In this document: positions 29,020 through 39,264 of the stretch, piece by piece
Position numbering within the stretch: position 1 is the stretch's first letter
Layout: the number at the start of each line of letters is the position of its first letter
Origin: an uncultured Actinomycetes bacterium
Lineage (GTDB): Bacteria > Actinomycetota > Actinomycetes > Nanopelagicales > Nanopelagicaceae
Reading direction: 5' to 3'
NCBI GenBank assembly: GCA_903845465.1
Contig: CAIMXQ010000084.1
Location: 1 to 51,644, forward strand
Length of the DNA stretch: 51,644 nt
Made by a program: the position numbers and the translations under genes
Notes under the pieces: generated by a model
What the model saw: only the letters and a program-made list of their open reading frames with translations
Told to the model about the DNA's origin: nothing
Database searches by the model: none

Positions 29020-30200
29020 TAGTACACCGGTAGTGATGTATCGATTTGCTTGGCCCAGGCAATGACTCCGCCAGCGACATGTGATGCGCCAGCAAAACCT
29101 GCGCTCTTTAGTATCGCTAAACACTCTGCAGAACGGACTCCGCTCTTGCAATGAAGAATGATGGGCTTGTCTTGAGGCAGATTTGCAAGCACGCTACCGT
29201 CGATAAATCCTTGCTTAGGAATCAGATGAGCGGTTGGAATATTGACGATCTCAAATTCGCTAGGTTCGCGGACGTCAATGAGATAAAAATCTTCCTTGGC
29301 ATCAATCTTTGCCTTTAGTTCCTGTACGGTAATTGTTGAACCTGCACTTGCAGCTTGGGCGGCATCTGACAGAGTTCCGCAGAATGCATCGTAATCTGGG
29401 AGCAAATCTTTCTGCGTTGCCTTTTCGCTGCAGAGCGGGCAGTTAGGATCTTTACGCACCTTAATCTTGCGGAAAGTCATATCTAACGCGTCATAGACCA
29501 TAAGCGAACCGATTAGTGGTTCGCCAATTCCGGTCAGAACTTTAATTGCTTCTGTAGTTTGAATTGAGCCAATCGTTGCGCAGAGAACTCCAAGTACGCC
29601 ACCTTCGGCACAGCTAGGAACCATTCCGGGAGGTGGTGGTTCTGGATAGAGACAGCGATAGCAAGGTCCGTACTCCGCCCAAAAAACGCTTGCTTGGCCA
29701 TCGAAGCGATAGATGGAGCCCCATGCATATGGCTTCTTCAATAAGACGCATGCATCGTTGACAAGATAACGAGTTGCAAAGTTATCTGTGCCGTCGACGA
29801 TGATGTCGTATTGAGAGAAAATCTCCATCACATTTGAATTATCCAAACGAGTTTCATGCAAAATAACATTGACATATGGATTGATCTCAGCGATCTTCTC
29901 TTTCGCACTGAGTGCTTTGCTCTTTCCGATATCTGATTGGCAATGAATAATCTGACGCTGCAAATTTGATTCATCTACGGTGTCGAACTCGACAATGCCG
30001 AGTGTTCCGACACCAGCCGCGGCTAAATACATAAGAGCCGGGGAACCTAATCCTCCTGCACCTACACAGAGAACCTTTGCATTCATCATGCGCTGCTGTC
30101 CTGCCATCGCTACATCAGGGATGATCAAGTGGCGGCTATATCGGCGCACTTCATCAACTGTGAGAGCAGGTCCTGGGGTAACAAGCGGAGGGGTCTTCAT
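29019..30200 (-). CDS. moeZ: Adenylyltransferase/sulfurtransferase MoeZ (MoeB-rhodanese)
   Basis: RYSRHL, GAGGLG, SNLQRQ, CYRC, PSCAEGGV, CPLC, rhodanese HCKSGVRS. Confidence 0.95.
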   Translation of the reverse strand: MKTPPLVTPGPALTVDEVRRYSRHLIIPDVAMAGQQRMMNAKVLCVGAGGLGSPALMYLAAAGVGTLGIVEFDTVDESNLQRQIIHCQSDIGKSKALSAKEKIAEINPYVNVILHETRLDNSNVMEIFSQYDIIVDGTDNFATRYLVNDACVLLKKPYAWGSIYRFDGQASVFWAEYGPCYRCLYPEPPPPGMVPSCAEGGVLGVLCATIGSIQTTEAIKVLTGIGEPLIGSLMVYDALDMTFRKIKVRKDPNCPLCSEKATQKDLLPDYDAFCGTLSDAAQAASAGSTITVQELKAKIDAKEDFYLIDVREPSEFEIVNIPTAHLIPKQGFIDGSVLANLPQDKPIILHCKSGVRSAECLAILKSAGFAGASHVAGGVIAWAKQIDTSLPVY

Positions 30201-30255
30201 GACATCAATTCTGCCGTACTGTGCCTTTGGAGGCTAATTCAGTACGATTCTCATA

Positions 30256-30891
30256 ATGAGTACAGAATCTGCATCTGCAAACAATTCGCGTTCTGATAAA
30301 TCACGACTTCCTCGTGACGAACGTCGCGCAATTCTGCTCGCTGCAGCTCTCGAGGTTTTCACAGCTGCGGGTTATCACTCAGCGGCAATGGATGAAATTG
30401 CAGATCGCGCAAATGTCAGTAAGCCGGTTCTGTACCAACATTTTCCATCTAAGTTAGATCTCTACCTTGCTGTACTCGATCTTCACATCGATTCGCTCGT
30501 CTACGAGATCCAAAAAGCGATTTCTTCTACTCCTGATAACGAACGACGTGTACACGTGACCATTGAGGCTTACTTCAACTTCATTGAGAATGAAGGTGAA
30601 GCATTTCGACTTCTCTTTGAAAGCGATATGAGCGTCGAACCACAAGTTCGCGAAAGACTGAACCGTATGACATATGACTGTGCTGCTGCAGTCTCCGGTG
30701 TGATTTCAAATGACACTGGCCTACCCAAAGAAGCAGCGATGATGCTTGGGGTTGGCTTGATCGGTTATGTGCAAGTGACTGCCCGACATTGGCTCGAACG
30801 AGATAGCAAACTCACACGTCAACAGGCGATGGAACTCGTTGAAAACCTCATGTGGCGAGGAATATCTGGATTTCCCCGTACAGACTCTTAA
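30256..30891 (+). CDS. TetR-family regulator (Rv3208-like)
   Basis: GYHSAAMDEIA..VSKPVLYQHFPSK and WRGISGFP. Confidence 0.92.
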   Translation: MSTESASANNSRSDKSRLPRDERRAILLAAALEVFTAAGYHSAAMDEIADRANVSKPVLYQHFPSKLDLYLAVLDLHIDSLVYEIQKAISSTPDNERRVHVTIEAYFNFIENEGEAFRLLFESDMSVEPQVRERLNRMTYDCAAAVSGVISNDTGLPKEAAMMLGVGLIGYVQVTARHWLERDSKLTRQQAMELVENLMWRGISGFPRTDS

Positions 30892-30907
30892 CGAATAAGA
30901 TAGAGAC

Positions 30908-31159
30908 ATGAGTTCAAAGAAGTCAGAAAAGGCATCAAAGGTTCGTATCTCCATTACCAATGTTGGAAGTGAGCTCTCGTTTGATTGTCCTTCAACTCCT
31001 GCTGAAATCAAGAGCGCTGTAACAGCAGCTCTTTCAGCACAAACACCACTTTCTCTTCAAGATGTACAGGGGCACGAGATTATTGTTCCTTCGGACAAGA
31101 TTGGTTACGTCGAAATTGGCGAGCCAGCTGAACGCCGCGTCGGTTTCGGCGTTGTGTAA
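30908..31159 (+). CDS. DUF3107 protein
   Basis: IIVP..KIGYVEIG....RRVGF. Confidence 0.9.
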   Translation: MSSKKSEKASKVRISITNVGSELSFDCPSTPAEIKSAVTAALSAQTPLSLQDVQGHEIIVPSDKIGYVEIGEPAERRVGFGVV

Positions 31160-32509
31160 GTGAGTCTGACTTTCGCAGATCTTCCTCTTCGTAAGGAAAC
31201 AATCGCAGCTCTTGCAGAACATGGCTTCACATCACCATTTCCTATCCAGGAGATGGTGATGCCTATTGCATTGGCAGATGGCGATGTCATCGGCCAAGCA
31301 AAGACAGGAACAGGTAAGACTCTCGCATTTGGCATTCCCGTCATTGAACGTGTTATTGCACCAAATGATTCAGATTGGGATCAGCTTCCAAATCAAGGTA
31401 AGCCACAGGTACTAGTCGTTGTTCCAACGCGCGAACTATGTGTACAGGTCACTAAAGATATTGAAGAACTCTCCTTTAATCGTGGAATTCGTACGCTCGC
31501 TGTCTACGGTGGTCGAGCATTTGAGCCACAGATCGAAGCTCTGCAAAGCGGTGTAGAAATCGTTGTCGGAACTCCCGGTCGTCTTCTCGATCTCTATCGC
31601 CAGGGACAGCTCACACTCAAGTTTGTTTCTCGCGTAGTACTCGATGAAGCAGATGAGATGCTCGATCTCGGTTTCTTGCCAGATGTAGAAAAGATATTTA
31701 CCAGCACACCTGCAAGACAGCAGACGATGCTCTTCTCGGCAACTATGCCTGGTGACATCATCGCTCTTGCTCGCCGCTTTATGAATCAGCCAGTACATAT
31801 TCGTACTCAAGATAATGAAGATGAAGGCGCTGTTGTCTCTCGAATCGAACAATTTGTTGTGCGCGCACATGCCATGGATAAGATTGAAATGTTGGCACGT
31901 ATTCTTCAAGCAAACGGCCGCGGACCAACAATTGTTTTCTGCCGTACAAAGCGCACGGCACAAAAGACTTCTGATGACCTCGCAGAACGCGGTTTCCGCG
32001 CTGCCACGATTCATGGAGATCTGGGTCAATCAGCTCGCGAAAAGGCTCTCAACGACTTTAAGGCAGGCAAATCCGATGTCCTCATTGCAACCGATGTTGC
32101 AGCACGCGGTATCGATATCGATGGAATTACTCACGTTATTAACTATCAATGCCCAGAAGATGAGAAAACATATGTGCACCGCATCGGACGTACCGCGCGT
32201 GCGGGAGCACATGGAATCGCAGTCACATTTGTTGATTGGGATGATCTTGCACGGTGGAAGATGATCGATACGGCGCTCGTTCTAGGTCTCCCAGAACCAG
32301 TAGAAACGTATTCATCTTCTGAGCATCTCTTTGAAATGCTCAATATCCCAGCAGGTTCAACTGGTCGCATGACAAAGCAGAAAGCACCTCAGGAAGGCAA
32401 GATTGATAGCCCTCAGAAGGTGAAAACTGCTTCGCCTAAGAAAATTGAAAAATCTACTGAACCTCGCGCAAAGCGCGAACGTACTCGTACTAAGCGCATT
32501 ACAAGTTAA
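31160..32509 (+). CDS. DEAD-box RNA helicase (Rv3211/RhlE-like)
   Basis: Q motif, AKTGTGKT, PTREL, DEAD, SAT, ARGID, HRIGRTAR, basic tail. Confidence 0.96.
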   Translation: MSLTFADLPLRKETIAALAEHGFTSPFPIQEMVMPIALADGDVIGQAKTGTGKTLAFGIPVIERVIAPNDSDWDQLPNQGKPQVLVVVPTRELCVQVTKDIEELSFNRGIRTLAVYGGRAFEPQIEALQSGVEIVVGTPGRLLDLYRQGQLTLKFVSRVVLDEADEMLDLGFLPDVEKIFTSTPARQQTMLFSATMPGDIIALARRFMNQPVHIRTQDNEDEGAVVSRIEQFVVRAHAMDKIEMLARILQANGRGPTIVFCRTKRTAQKTSDDLAERGFRAATIHGDLGQSAREKALNDFKAGKSDVLIATDVAARGIDIDGITHVINYQCPEDEKTYVHRIGRTARAGAHGIAVTFVDWDDLARWKMIDTALVLGLPEPVETYSSSEHLFEMLNIPAGSTGRMTKQKAPQEGKIDSPQKVKTASPKKIEKSTEPRAKRERTRTKRITS

Positions 32510-33117
32510 TTTGCTGCAAATACCTTAATCGCATTTGCCAACATCTGTACCGCAATTGCTGCAAGCAGCAATCCTGCAATGCTCGCCAATAAGGTGACGC
32601 CAGATTCTTTAATTATCGTGACAATCTTTGTCGAAGCCATCAACACTGTGCCGATAATGAGGTGGACAGCCAATATGGCAATCACAAGCCCAATAATCTG
32701 CGCATGGGTATCTGCCTTCTGCACATAAATCATGGTTGCAACGATTGCACCGGGACCGGCAAGAAGTGGAGTTCCGAGCGGAACCATGCCGATATTTTCA
32801 CTCGAACTTTCAGTCCCTGCATTCTTATTTCCAGTGAGTAGTTGCAGAGCAACATAGAGAAGTAAAAGTCCACCAGCAGCTTGTAGAGCTTCGATTGAGA
32901 CATTCATGTAATTCAGAATTAAACGTCCAAAGATTGCAAAGCTTGCGATGACAAAGAGTGAAACTCCAGCCGCCTGCCAAGCAAGACGTACTCGTTCGCG
33001 CTGTGGCTTATTTCCTACAAGCCCTAAAAAGATTGGGGTCGCACCGGGAGGATCCATGATCACAAAGAGAGTGACAAAAGCCTGCGTAGCAAAGGTAACT
33101 GCTCCTAATGAATTCAC
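32506..33117 (-). CDS. MarC-family membrane protein
   Basis: LFVIMDPPG..PIF, AGGLLL, VPLGTPLLAGPGAI. Confidence 0.93.
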   Translation of the reverse strand: MNSLGAVTFATQAFVTLFVIMDPPGATPIFLGLVGNKPQRERVRLAWQAAGVSLFVIASFAIFGRLILNYMNVSIEALQAAGGLLLLYVALQLLTGNKNAGTESSSENIGMVPLGTPLLAGPGAIVATMIYVQKADTHAQIIGLVIAILAVHLIIGTVLMASTKIVTIIKESGVTLLASIAGLLLAAIAVQMLANAIKVFAAN

Positions 33118-33959
33118 TGTGTAACGACCCTTCGTTGATTCGCTTCAGACTCTAGCCGAAGCCATTCTCTCTTATCGGTGACATTTTCTGCTAACCCATT
33201 GAGCTTTCCTGTGCCGTGATAATCACTTGCTCCAGTAATGACGAGGTTGAGCTCGCGTGCAATTGCGAGCAGAGACGCTTGTTCTTCTGCGTTTTGGTCT
33301 CGATGATGCACCTCGATTCCATTAAGGCCGGCAGCAACGAGATCGGCAAATGATGATGCATCAAGTACCTGACCTCGTCGTGATGCAAATGGGTGAGCAA
33401 TCACCGCTACTCCCCCTGCGCTACGAATCGTCTTAATTGCATCGACAGGAGTAGGAGCGGCATGAGTGACGTAATATTTTGAACCATTATTAAGAAGATT
33501 GAGAAATGCTTCATCGCGAGAAGCAACTACGCCATTAGCAACAAGTGCATCCGCAAGATGAGGACGTCCAAGGGTTGCTCCTTCAGGCATTGCCTTATAG
33601 ACATCATCGAGTGAAATCTGAATTCCATCAGCTTGGAGAAGTTCGACCATGGTGCGCATACGTGGGATGCGAGTATCGCGAGAATCAGAGAGAAGTTGTT
33701 GAATGGCGCGATCTTCTCCATCAAATAAGAGCCCCAGCATATGAACGCTTATCCCATCATGAGTAAGACAGGAAATCTCTGCACCTAGTACTAATTCAAT
33801 CTGCGGTTGAATTGCAGTGATGGCTTCACCCCACCCAGCTGTTGAATCATGGTCAGTGATAGCAAGTGTTGTGATACCTGCAGCTAGTGCCTTCTTGACT
33901 AGTGCGAAGGGTGTATCTGTGCCATCGCTACATGTTGTGTGAGTATGCAGGTCAATCAT
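33114..33959 (-). CDS. PHP-domain phosphoesterase (TrpH/YciV-like)
   Basis: DLHTHTTCSDG, ITDHD, GRPHLA, AHP, SDYHG. Confidence 0.92.
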   Translation of the reverse strand: MIDLHTHTTCSDGTDTPFALVKKALAAGITTLAITDHDSTAGWGEAITAIQPQIELVLGAEISCLTHDGISVHMLGLLFDGEDRAIQQLLSDSRDTRIPRMRTMVELLQADGIQISLDDVYKAMPEGATLGRPHLADALVANGVVASRDEAFLNLLNNGSKYYVTHAAPTPVDAIKTIRSAGGVAVIAHPFASRRGQVLDASSFADLVAAGLNGIEVHHRDQNAEEQASLLAIARELNLVITGASDYHGTGKLNGLAENVTDKREWLRLESEANQRRVVTQ

Positions 33960-34867
33960 TCTTCAACCATCGCAGTTTGAGGGCGAGTACGTAATACAAC
34001 AAGAATACATCCGAGCAGAATCAAAATTACTCCAGGAATTATTGACAGCGTTGGTTGCTTTCCTATTTTAAATAGAAGAGAAAGCAAAGCTGCTACTGGA
34101 ACTTCAAAGAAGACAATCATGGATACAACGGCCGGTGATACTCGCTTCAACGTCAGATTAAACATCGTATGTCCCAATATCTGTGCCCCGAGTATGAGAG
34201 CGAGCAAGATCCACCACTGTCGAGCGACGAAGTGAATAATTTCAGAGCCTGTTAACAAGGCCATGGGAAGTGCAGTGATAGCGCATACGAAATAACAGAT
34301 AGTTGTGTATGAAGTAGTTTCAAGAGTTTTCTGGGCACGAGATCCAATCAACATATAGGCCGCCGCAAGTGCGCCCGAGATTAGTGCTGATAGATCGCCT
34401 AAAAATGAACGGCGGTCAAGGCGAAGATCAATTCCTGTAACAAGTAGTACTCCAGTGAAACTTATGAGCATTCCAAACCACGCCTTGGTAGGAATATGTC
34501 CGCCAGTGAGTTTGACAAATAAGGCTGCAAATATCGGTTGTGTAGCAACAATTGCAGTTCCAGCAGTCACACTTGTCATTCGCATTGAAATAAAGAAGCC
34601 AACGAAGTGCACCGCTAATACAACGCCAGCAAGGATTGCCCACCTGACTCCGGTGCGATGCAATGTATGGCGAAGTGCAAAGGGAAGCGTGACAAGTGAT
34701 CCACCAAGATTTCTCCAGAAGATCAGGGTTGGAACTGGCATTGAGCTGATTGCTATCAATGGGCCAGATGAACCAATTCCGAATATTCCAATAATTAAGC
34801 GGATGAGGTCGGGTCTTGCGGGCAGTTCCGTATGATTTTCAACGGTTCTATTCTGCGGCGAGGACAT
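33956..34867 (-). CDS. DMT/EamA-family transporter
   Basis: About 10 TM helices in two EamA repeats; GDL.AL, QILGHT. Confidence 0.9.
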   Translation of the reverse strand: MSSPQNRTVENHTELPARPDLIRLIIGIFGIGSSGPLIAISSMPVPTLIFWRNLGGSLVTLPFALRHTLHRTGVRWAILAGVVLAVHFVGFFISMRMTSVTAGTAIVATQPIFAALFVKLTGGHIPTKAWFGMLISFTGVLLVTGIDLRLDRRSFLGDLSALISGALAAAYMLIGSRAQKTLETTSYTTICYFVCAITALPMALLTGSEIIHFVARQWWILLALILGAQILGHTMFNLTLKRVSPAVVSMIVFFEVPVAALLSLLFKIGKQPTLSIIPGVILILLGCILVVLRTRPQTAMVEE

Positions 34868-34908
34868 TAGGCAAACCTAGCCGATAGCCCACACGTTACT
34901 CTTATCCC

Positions 34909-36222
34909 ATGAGCGGAAATAACATCAATCGCATATTTCTCGCCCGTCTTGCTGGCACTGCGGTCTTTGACCCAAATGGGGATCCCGTCGGCAAGGTGCG
35001 CGACGCTGTCGCGACCCTTCGTTCTAATAATCAATCACCACGCGTTCTCGGACTTGTCGTAGAAGTTCCATTGCGTCGTCGCGTCTTTGTGCCTATCACG
35101 CGTGTCACATCTATCGAATCCGGAACAGTTGTCATTACAGGGCTACTTAATATGCGTCGCTTTGAACCGCGCGCAGGAGAGATGTTGGTCCTTGGTGATC
35201 TACTCGATCGCACAATTTCACTCGTTGACAATAACGAAGATGTACTCGTTGAAGATATGGCGATGGAACAGAATCGCACTGGAGATTGGCTCATTAATCG
35301 AGTCCACATTATGCGCAGAGGTCGTGGGCTCCGTCGTAAAGGCGCAACATCAACGGTCGCCTGGGAAGAAGTAACCGGTTTTGCTCACCACGAAACTAAC
35401 CAAGGTGTAAGCAATCTACTTTCAACTCTGAGCAATCTTCGTGCAGCAGACCTTGCAGCTGTAATTCAAGATCTTGCACCCAAGCGTCGCGTGGAAGTTG
35501 CTCGGGCTCTCGATGATGAACGACTTGCAGATGTACTTGAAGAAATGGATGAATCAGAGCGAGTAGCGCTGATGGCAGAGCTCGAAGGTGAGCGAGCCGC
35601 AGATATTCTCGAAGAGATGGATCCAGATGATGCTGCCGACTTACTTCGCGAAATTGGTGAAGAGCGAGCTCAAGAACTTATTGGTTTAATGGATCCTGAA
35701 GATGCCGAAGATGTTCTCCGCCTGATGACATATGAAGATTATTCAGCTGGCGGAATGATGACGACCGAACCGATTGTGATGTCTGCCGATTACACCGTTG
35801 CAGATGCACTTGCTGCAGTGCGACAGAGTGAAATATCGCCTGCGCTTGCATCACAAGTTTTTATCGCTCGCCAGCCACTTGAGACCCCAACTGGGCGCTT
35901 TATTGGAATGGTTCACTATCAACGACTTTTACGTGAGCCACCTTCAACGCTCTTAGGCTCTATCGTCGATACAAATACGCAGGGAGTTAATCCCGACGCA
36001 TCCTTACATGCTGTTTCGTCATACTTAGCTAGCTATAACTTGCTTTCGTTACCTGTTATCGATGCGAATGACCGTCTATTGGGCGCAGTCACTGTCGATG
36101 ACGTGCTGGATCACTTGTTGCCTACCAACTGGCGTCACGACCATAGAGATTCTGCTGCAACAACGAAGGCAACTACTGCTGCTCTCGAGAGCATCGATAC
36201 AAATTTCACCGAGGAGGTGTAA
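34909..36222 (+). CDS. PRC + MgtE N-terminal + CBS-pair protein
   Basis: ADILEEMDPDDAADLL repeats, SAGGMMTTEP, GAVTVDDVLD; no TM domain. Confidence 0.9.
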   Translation: MSGNNINRIFLARLAGTAVFDPNGDPVGKVRDAVATLRSNNQSPRVLGLVVEVPLRRRVFVPITRVTSIESGTVVITGLLNMRRFEPRAGEMLVLGDLLDRTISLVDNNEDVLVEDMAMEQNRTGDWLINRVHIMRRGRGLRRKGATSTVAWEEVTGFAHHETNQGVSNLLSTLSNLRAADLAAVIQDLAPKRRVEVARALDDERLADVLEEMDESERVALMAELEGERAADILEEMDPDDAADLLREIGEERAQELIGLMDPEDAEDVLRLMTYEDYSAGGMMTTEPIVMSADYTVADALAAVRQSEISPALASQVFIARQPLETPTGRFIGMVHYQRLLREPPSTLLGSIVDTNTQGVNPDASLHAVSSYLASYNLLSLPVIDANDRLLGAVTVDDVLDHLLPTNWRHDHRDSAATTKATTAALESIDTNFTEEV

Positions 36223-36224
36223 CG

Positions 36225-36719
36225 ATGGCACGCAACTACGGATTAGATACACCTCGCGAGACACGTCGTTCGCTTCGAGGAAATATTGACCCAGAAACTT
36301 TTGGTCGGCTATCTGAGCGCTTCGCTCGCTTCTTAGGAACTGCGCGATTCTTGGTTTATATGACTGCCTTTGTAGTGAGCTGGGTTCTCTGGAATTCGCT
36401 TGCTCCACGATCAATTAGATTTGATGAATATCCATTTATCTTTCTTACTCTCATACTTTCACTTCAGGCATCGTACGCTGCGCCTCTGATCTTGCTTGCG
36501 CAGAATCGACAGGCCGACCGCGATCGTATTGCGCTCAATGAAGACCGTGCTCAGAATGCTCGCAGCATTGCAGACACTGAGTACCTCACTCGCGAGCTTG
36601 CTAGTTTGCGTATTGCACTAGGTGACGTTGCAACTCGAGATTACCTACGTAATGAACTTGGCGATCTTGCTAAAGAGATTGTTGAAGAGTTACGCAAGCC
36701 CGAGTCTGACGCCAAGTAA
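36225..36719 (+). CDS. DUF1003 membrane protein
   Basis: FD.YPFIFLTL.LSLQASYAAPLILLAQNRQ; SD GAGGAGG. Confidence 0.93.
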   Translation: MARNYGLDTPRETRRSLRGNIDPETFGRLSERFARFLGTARFLVYMTAFVVSWVLWNSLAPRSIRFDEYPFIFLTLILSLQASYAAPLILLAQNRQADRDRIALNEDRAQNARSIADTEYLTRELASLRIALGDVATRDYLRNELGDLAKEIVEELRKPESDAK

Positions 36720-37808
36720 AGATTTCTCGCGCACGATAAGCGATGAAACAATTGCATTGATGGCTTGAGCGCTGGGACTATCTGGCGCCGAGATAACTAC
36801 AGGCGCGCCTGCATCTCCACCTTCACGAAGTTCTGGGCTAAATGGAATCTTTCCGAGCAAAGGAACATCTGCGCCAATAAGTTGCGTCAATCGACGAGAT
36901 GTCTCTTCTCCCCCACCTTCGCCAAAGAGTGAAGTCAGTTCGCCGCACTTTTGACATGGGTAGGCAGACATATTTTCAATAACGCCGATAACACGTTGGT
37001 GAATTTGGTGTGCGATTCTTCCTGCACGTTCTGCAACTTCGGCTGCTGCGATCTGTGGCGTGGTGACCACAATTATTTCTGACGATGGGACAAGTTGTCC
37101 GAGAGATATTGCGAGGTCACCTGTACCTGGCGGTAGATCGATATAGAGAATATCCAGATCTCCCCAGTATGCATCGGAGAGAAGTTGTTCAAGCACACGA
37201 TGGAGCAAAGGTCCACGATAGGCAATTGCATCTGATCGCTCTGGCTTAAACATCTCCATAGAGACGGTCTTGACTCCAAAAGATTCGAGCGGAATAAACA
37301 TTTGATCGATCGCTGTTGGACGTTGTCCAATCAAGCCCATGAGGCGAGGAATTGAGTGTCCGTATACATCTGCATCGAGAATTCCTACTCGTAACCCCAT
37401 TGCTGCGGAGGCAACAGCAAGGTTTGCAGTGAGCGAAGATTTTCCGACTCCACCTTTACCTGATGCAACACCGATTACTCGAGTCAGCGAATCTTTCTGG
37501 GCAAATGAGATGAAACTCTCGCGACCATTGCGAAGTAACTTCTTTATATTTGCGCGCTGCTCTTCATCCATAACGCCAAAGGTCAGATCGACAGAATTAA
37601 CTCCTTCAACGGCGGTCACTGCCGTTTCAATATCGCGCTGAAGTCGATCGCGCATAGGACAACCCGAAATCGTAAGCAGGATCTCGAGCTTGGCAATATC
37701 TCCGACAATCTCGACAGATTTAACCATTCCAAGCTCGGGAAGTGCGCGATGGAGTTCGGGATCTTGAACAGTCGCTAACGCTGCATGTACGGAATCAAGC
37801 GTTGTCAT
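36690..37808 (-). CDS. mrp: Mrp/NBP35 Fe-S cluster carrier ATPase
   Basis: DPEL, GCP, SGKGGVGKS, DADVYG, DLPPGTGD, ENMS..CQKC. Confidence 0.95.
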   Translation of the reverse strand: MTTLDSVHAALATVQDPELHRALPELGMVKSVEIVGDIAKLEILLTISGCPMRDRLQRDIETAVTAVEGVNSVDLTFGVMDEEQRANIKKLLRNGRESFISFAQKDSLTRVIGVASGKGGVGKSSLTANLAVASAAMGLRVGILDADVYGHSIPRLMGLIGQRPTAIDQMFIPLESFGVKTVSMEMFKPERSDAIAYRGPLLHRVLEQLLSDAYWGDLDILYIDLPPGTGDLAISLGQLVPSSEIIVVTTPQIAAAEVAERAGRIAHQIHQRVIGVIENMSAYPCQKCGELTSLFGEGGGEETSRRLTQLIGADVPLLGKIPFSPELREGGDAGAPVVISAPDSPSAQAINAIVSSLIVREKSLLGVRLGLA

Positions 37809-38110
37809 AGAAGGTCTGGATCAATTTTACTTGTGGTGCTCGCAACGCTCTTAGGTTTTTCATCATCGAGCACATTGGCTAGCTGTTTCTGTATAAAAGT
37901 CTTTGGATTTAGATCTGTTGGCTTGAGATCTTCAAAACCTGGGCCAAGATTTTCTTTCAAATCGTTAGTTGCATTTGTTGCCATCTCGCGAATTCGCTTA
38001 ATGAATTTAGCTGCTTCAACTGCAAAGGTCGGTAACTTATCTGGTCCGATAAGAATCATCGCAAGAACTGCAAGGCCAATAATTTCACCGGCGCCAAAAT
38101 CGAAGAACAT
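37805..38110 (-). CDS. tatB: Twin-arginine translocase subunit TatB
   Basis: FDFG.GE....A.ILIGPDKLP, ENLGPGFEDL..DLNPK. Confidence 0.9.
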   Translation of the reverse strand: MFFDFGAGEIIGLAVLAMILIGPDKLPTFAVEAAKFIKRIREMATNATNDLKENLGPGFEDLKPTDLNPKTFIQKQLANVLDDEKPKSVASTTSKIDPDLL

Positions 38111-38130
38111 AGTGGGTGAACCTTACCCTG

Positions 38131-39252
38131 CTACTTCGATGCCGCAAGTGTCAGAGAAACTGATCCAATAGTAGAACCACGCTTGTATGTCACTGAAACT
38201 GTATCTCCCACGCTATGGGCGCGGACAGCCACAATGAGTTCTTCGGGCGATGTAATTGCACGTCCATCTACCTCTGTGATGATGTCACCAGATTTAAGTC
38301 CAGCTTTTGCTGCTGGTCCACCTGGCATGATCGCCTTGGCATTCTTTGCAATGAGTGCGCCATCGCCCGAGTAATTCATATCAACTGAGATACCCATAAC
38401 TGGATATGTAGCTTTGCCATTCTTTATGAGTTGGTCAGCAGTCTTGCGTGCCTGATTTATAGGAATCGCAAAGCCAAGTCCGATAGAGCCAGATTGAGAA
38501 CCCAAACTTGCACCTAGAGATGCAATTGCTGAGTTAACGCCGATTACTGAACCTGTTGCATCGACAAGCGGTCCTCCAGAATTTCCAGGATTAATTGCTG
38601 CATCAGTCTGAAGTGCGTTGATAAAGGAGTTATCGGTATTGGATTCTCCCGCTGTAACAGCGCGATTCTTGGCGCTGATGATGCCAAGTGTGACGGTGCC
38701 TGATAATCCAAGTGGTGAACCAATTGCAATAACAGAGTCGCCGACTGCGACCTTATCGCTATCTCCGAATTGCAGAGCTTTGAGCGTTGCTCCGGTAATT
38801 TTAAGAACCGCTAAATCATATGCGCTATCGCGGCCGACAACCTTTGCAGGATATGAGGTACCGTCGTTGAGTTGCACTGTGATACTTCCACCGCTGGTTA
38901 CAGATGCAGCAATCACATGGTTATTGGTCAAGATATATCCACTGCTATCGATAACAAATCCGGACCCCGTTGCGCCGCCATCTTTCGATTGCGCATCAAT
39001 CGATACAACGGAAGGGAGAACTCGTTGAGCAATTTCAGCAACCGATCCAGCTGGACGTTCGATTGCCGATGTAGATCGAACAAGACGTACTGAGTGTCCG
39101 AAGAGCGAGCCGGTCGATGAAGCACCAATAGTTCCGGCAACTATTCCTACAACTATTGCAATGAGGAGCGCGTTCTTTACTGTGATGTTTCGACCGAGCC
39201 CAGATTTGCTAGGAGGTTCCCACCAAGGACCGTTATTGAAGTTCGTGCTCAT
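38131..39252 (-). CDS. htrA: HtrA-family serine protease with PDZ domain
   Basis: TNNHV, DLAVL, QTDAAINPGNSGG, C-terminal PDZ. Confidence 0.95.
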   Translation of the reverse strand: MSTNFNNGPWWEPPSKSGLGRNITVKNALLIAIVVGIVAGTIGASSTGSLFGHSVRLVRSTSAIERPAGSVAEIAQRVLPSVVSIDAQSKDGGATGSGFVIDSSGYILTNNHVIAASVTSGGSITVQLNDGTSYPAKVVGRDSAYDLAVLKITGATLKALQFGDSDKVAVGDSVIAIGSPLGLSGTVTLGIISAKNRAVTAGESNTDNSFINALQTDAAINPGNSGGPLVDATGSVIGVNSAIASLGASLGSQSGSIGLGFAIPINQARKTADQLIKNGKATYPVMGISVDMNYSGDGALIAKNAKAIMPGGPAAKAGLKSGDIITEVDGRAITSPEELIVAVRAHSVGDTVSVTYKRGSTIGSVSLTLAASK

Positions 39253-39264
39253 GTAAGTATTCTG

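Noticed and set aside
29020-29151. ORF-track extension of mshB
   Set aside because: Overlaps the moeZ 3' end in another frame; TAATG coupling marks the start at 29019.
31436-32264. Long antisense or alternate-frame ORFs inside the helicase, and similar shadow ORFs throughout the window
   Set aside because: Fully nested in well-supported genes, with no motifs or initiation signals.
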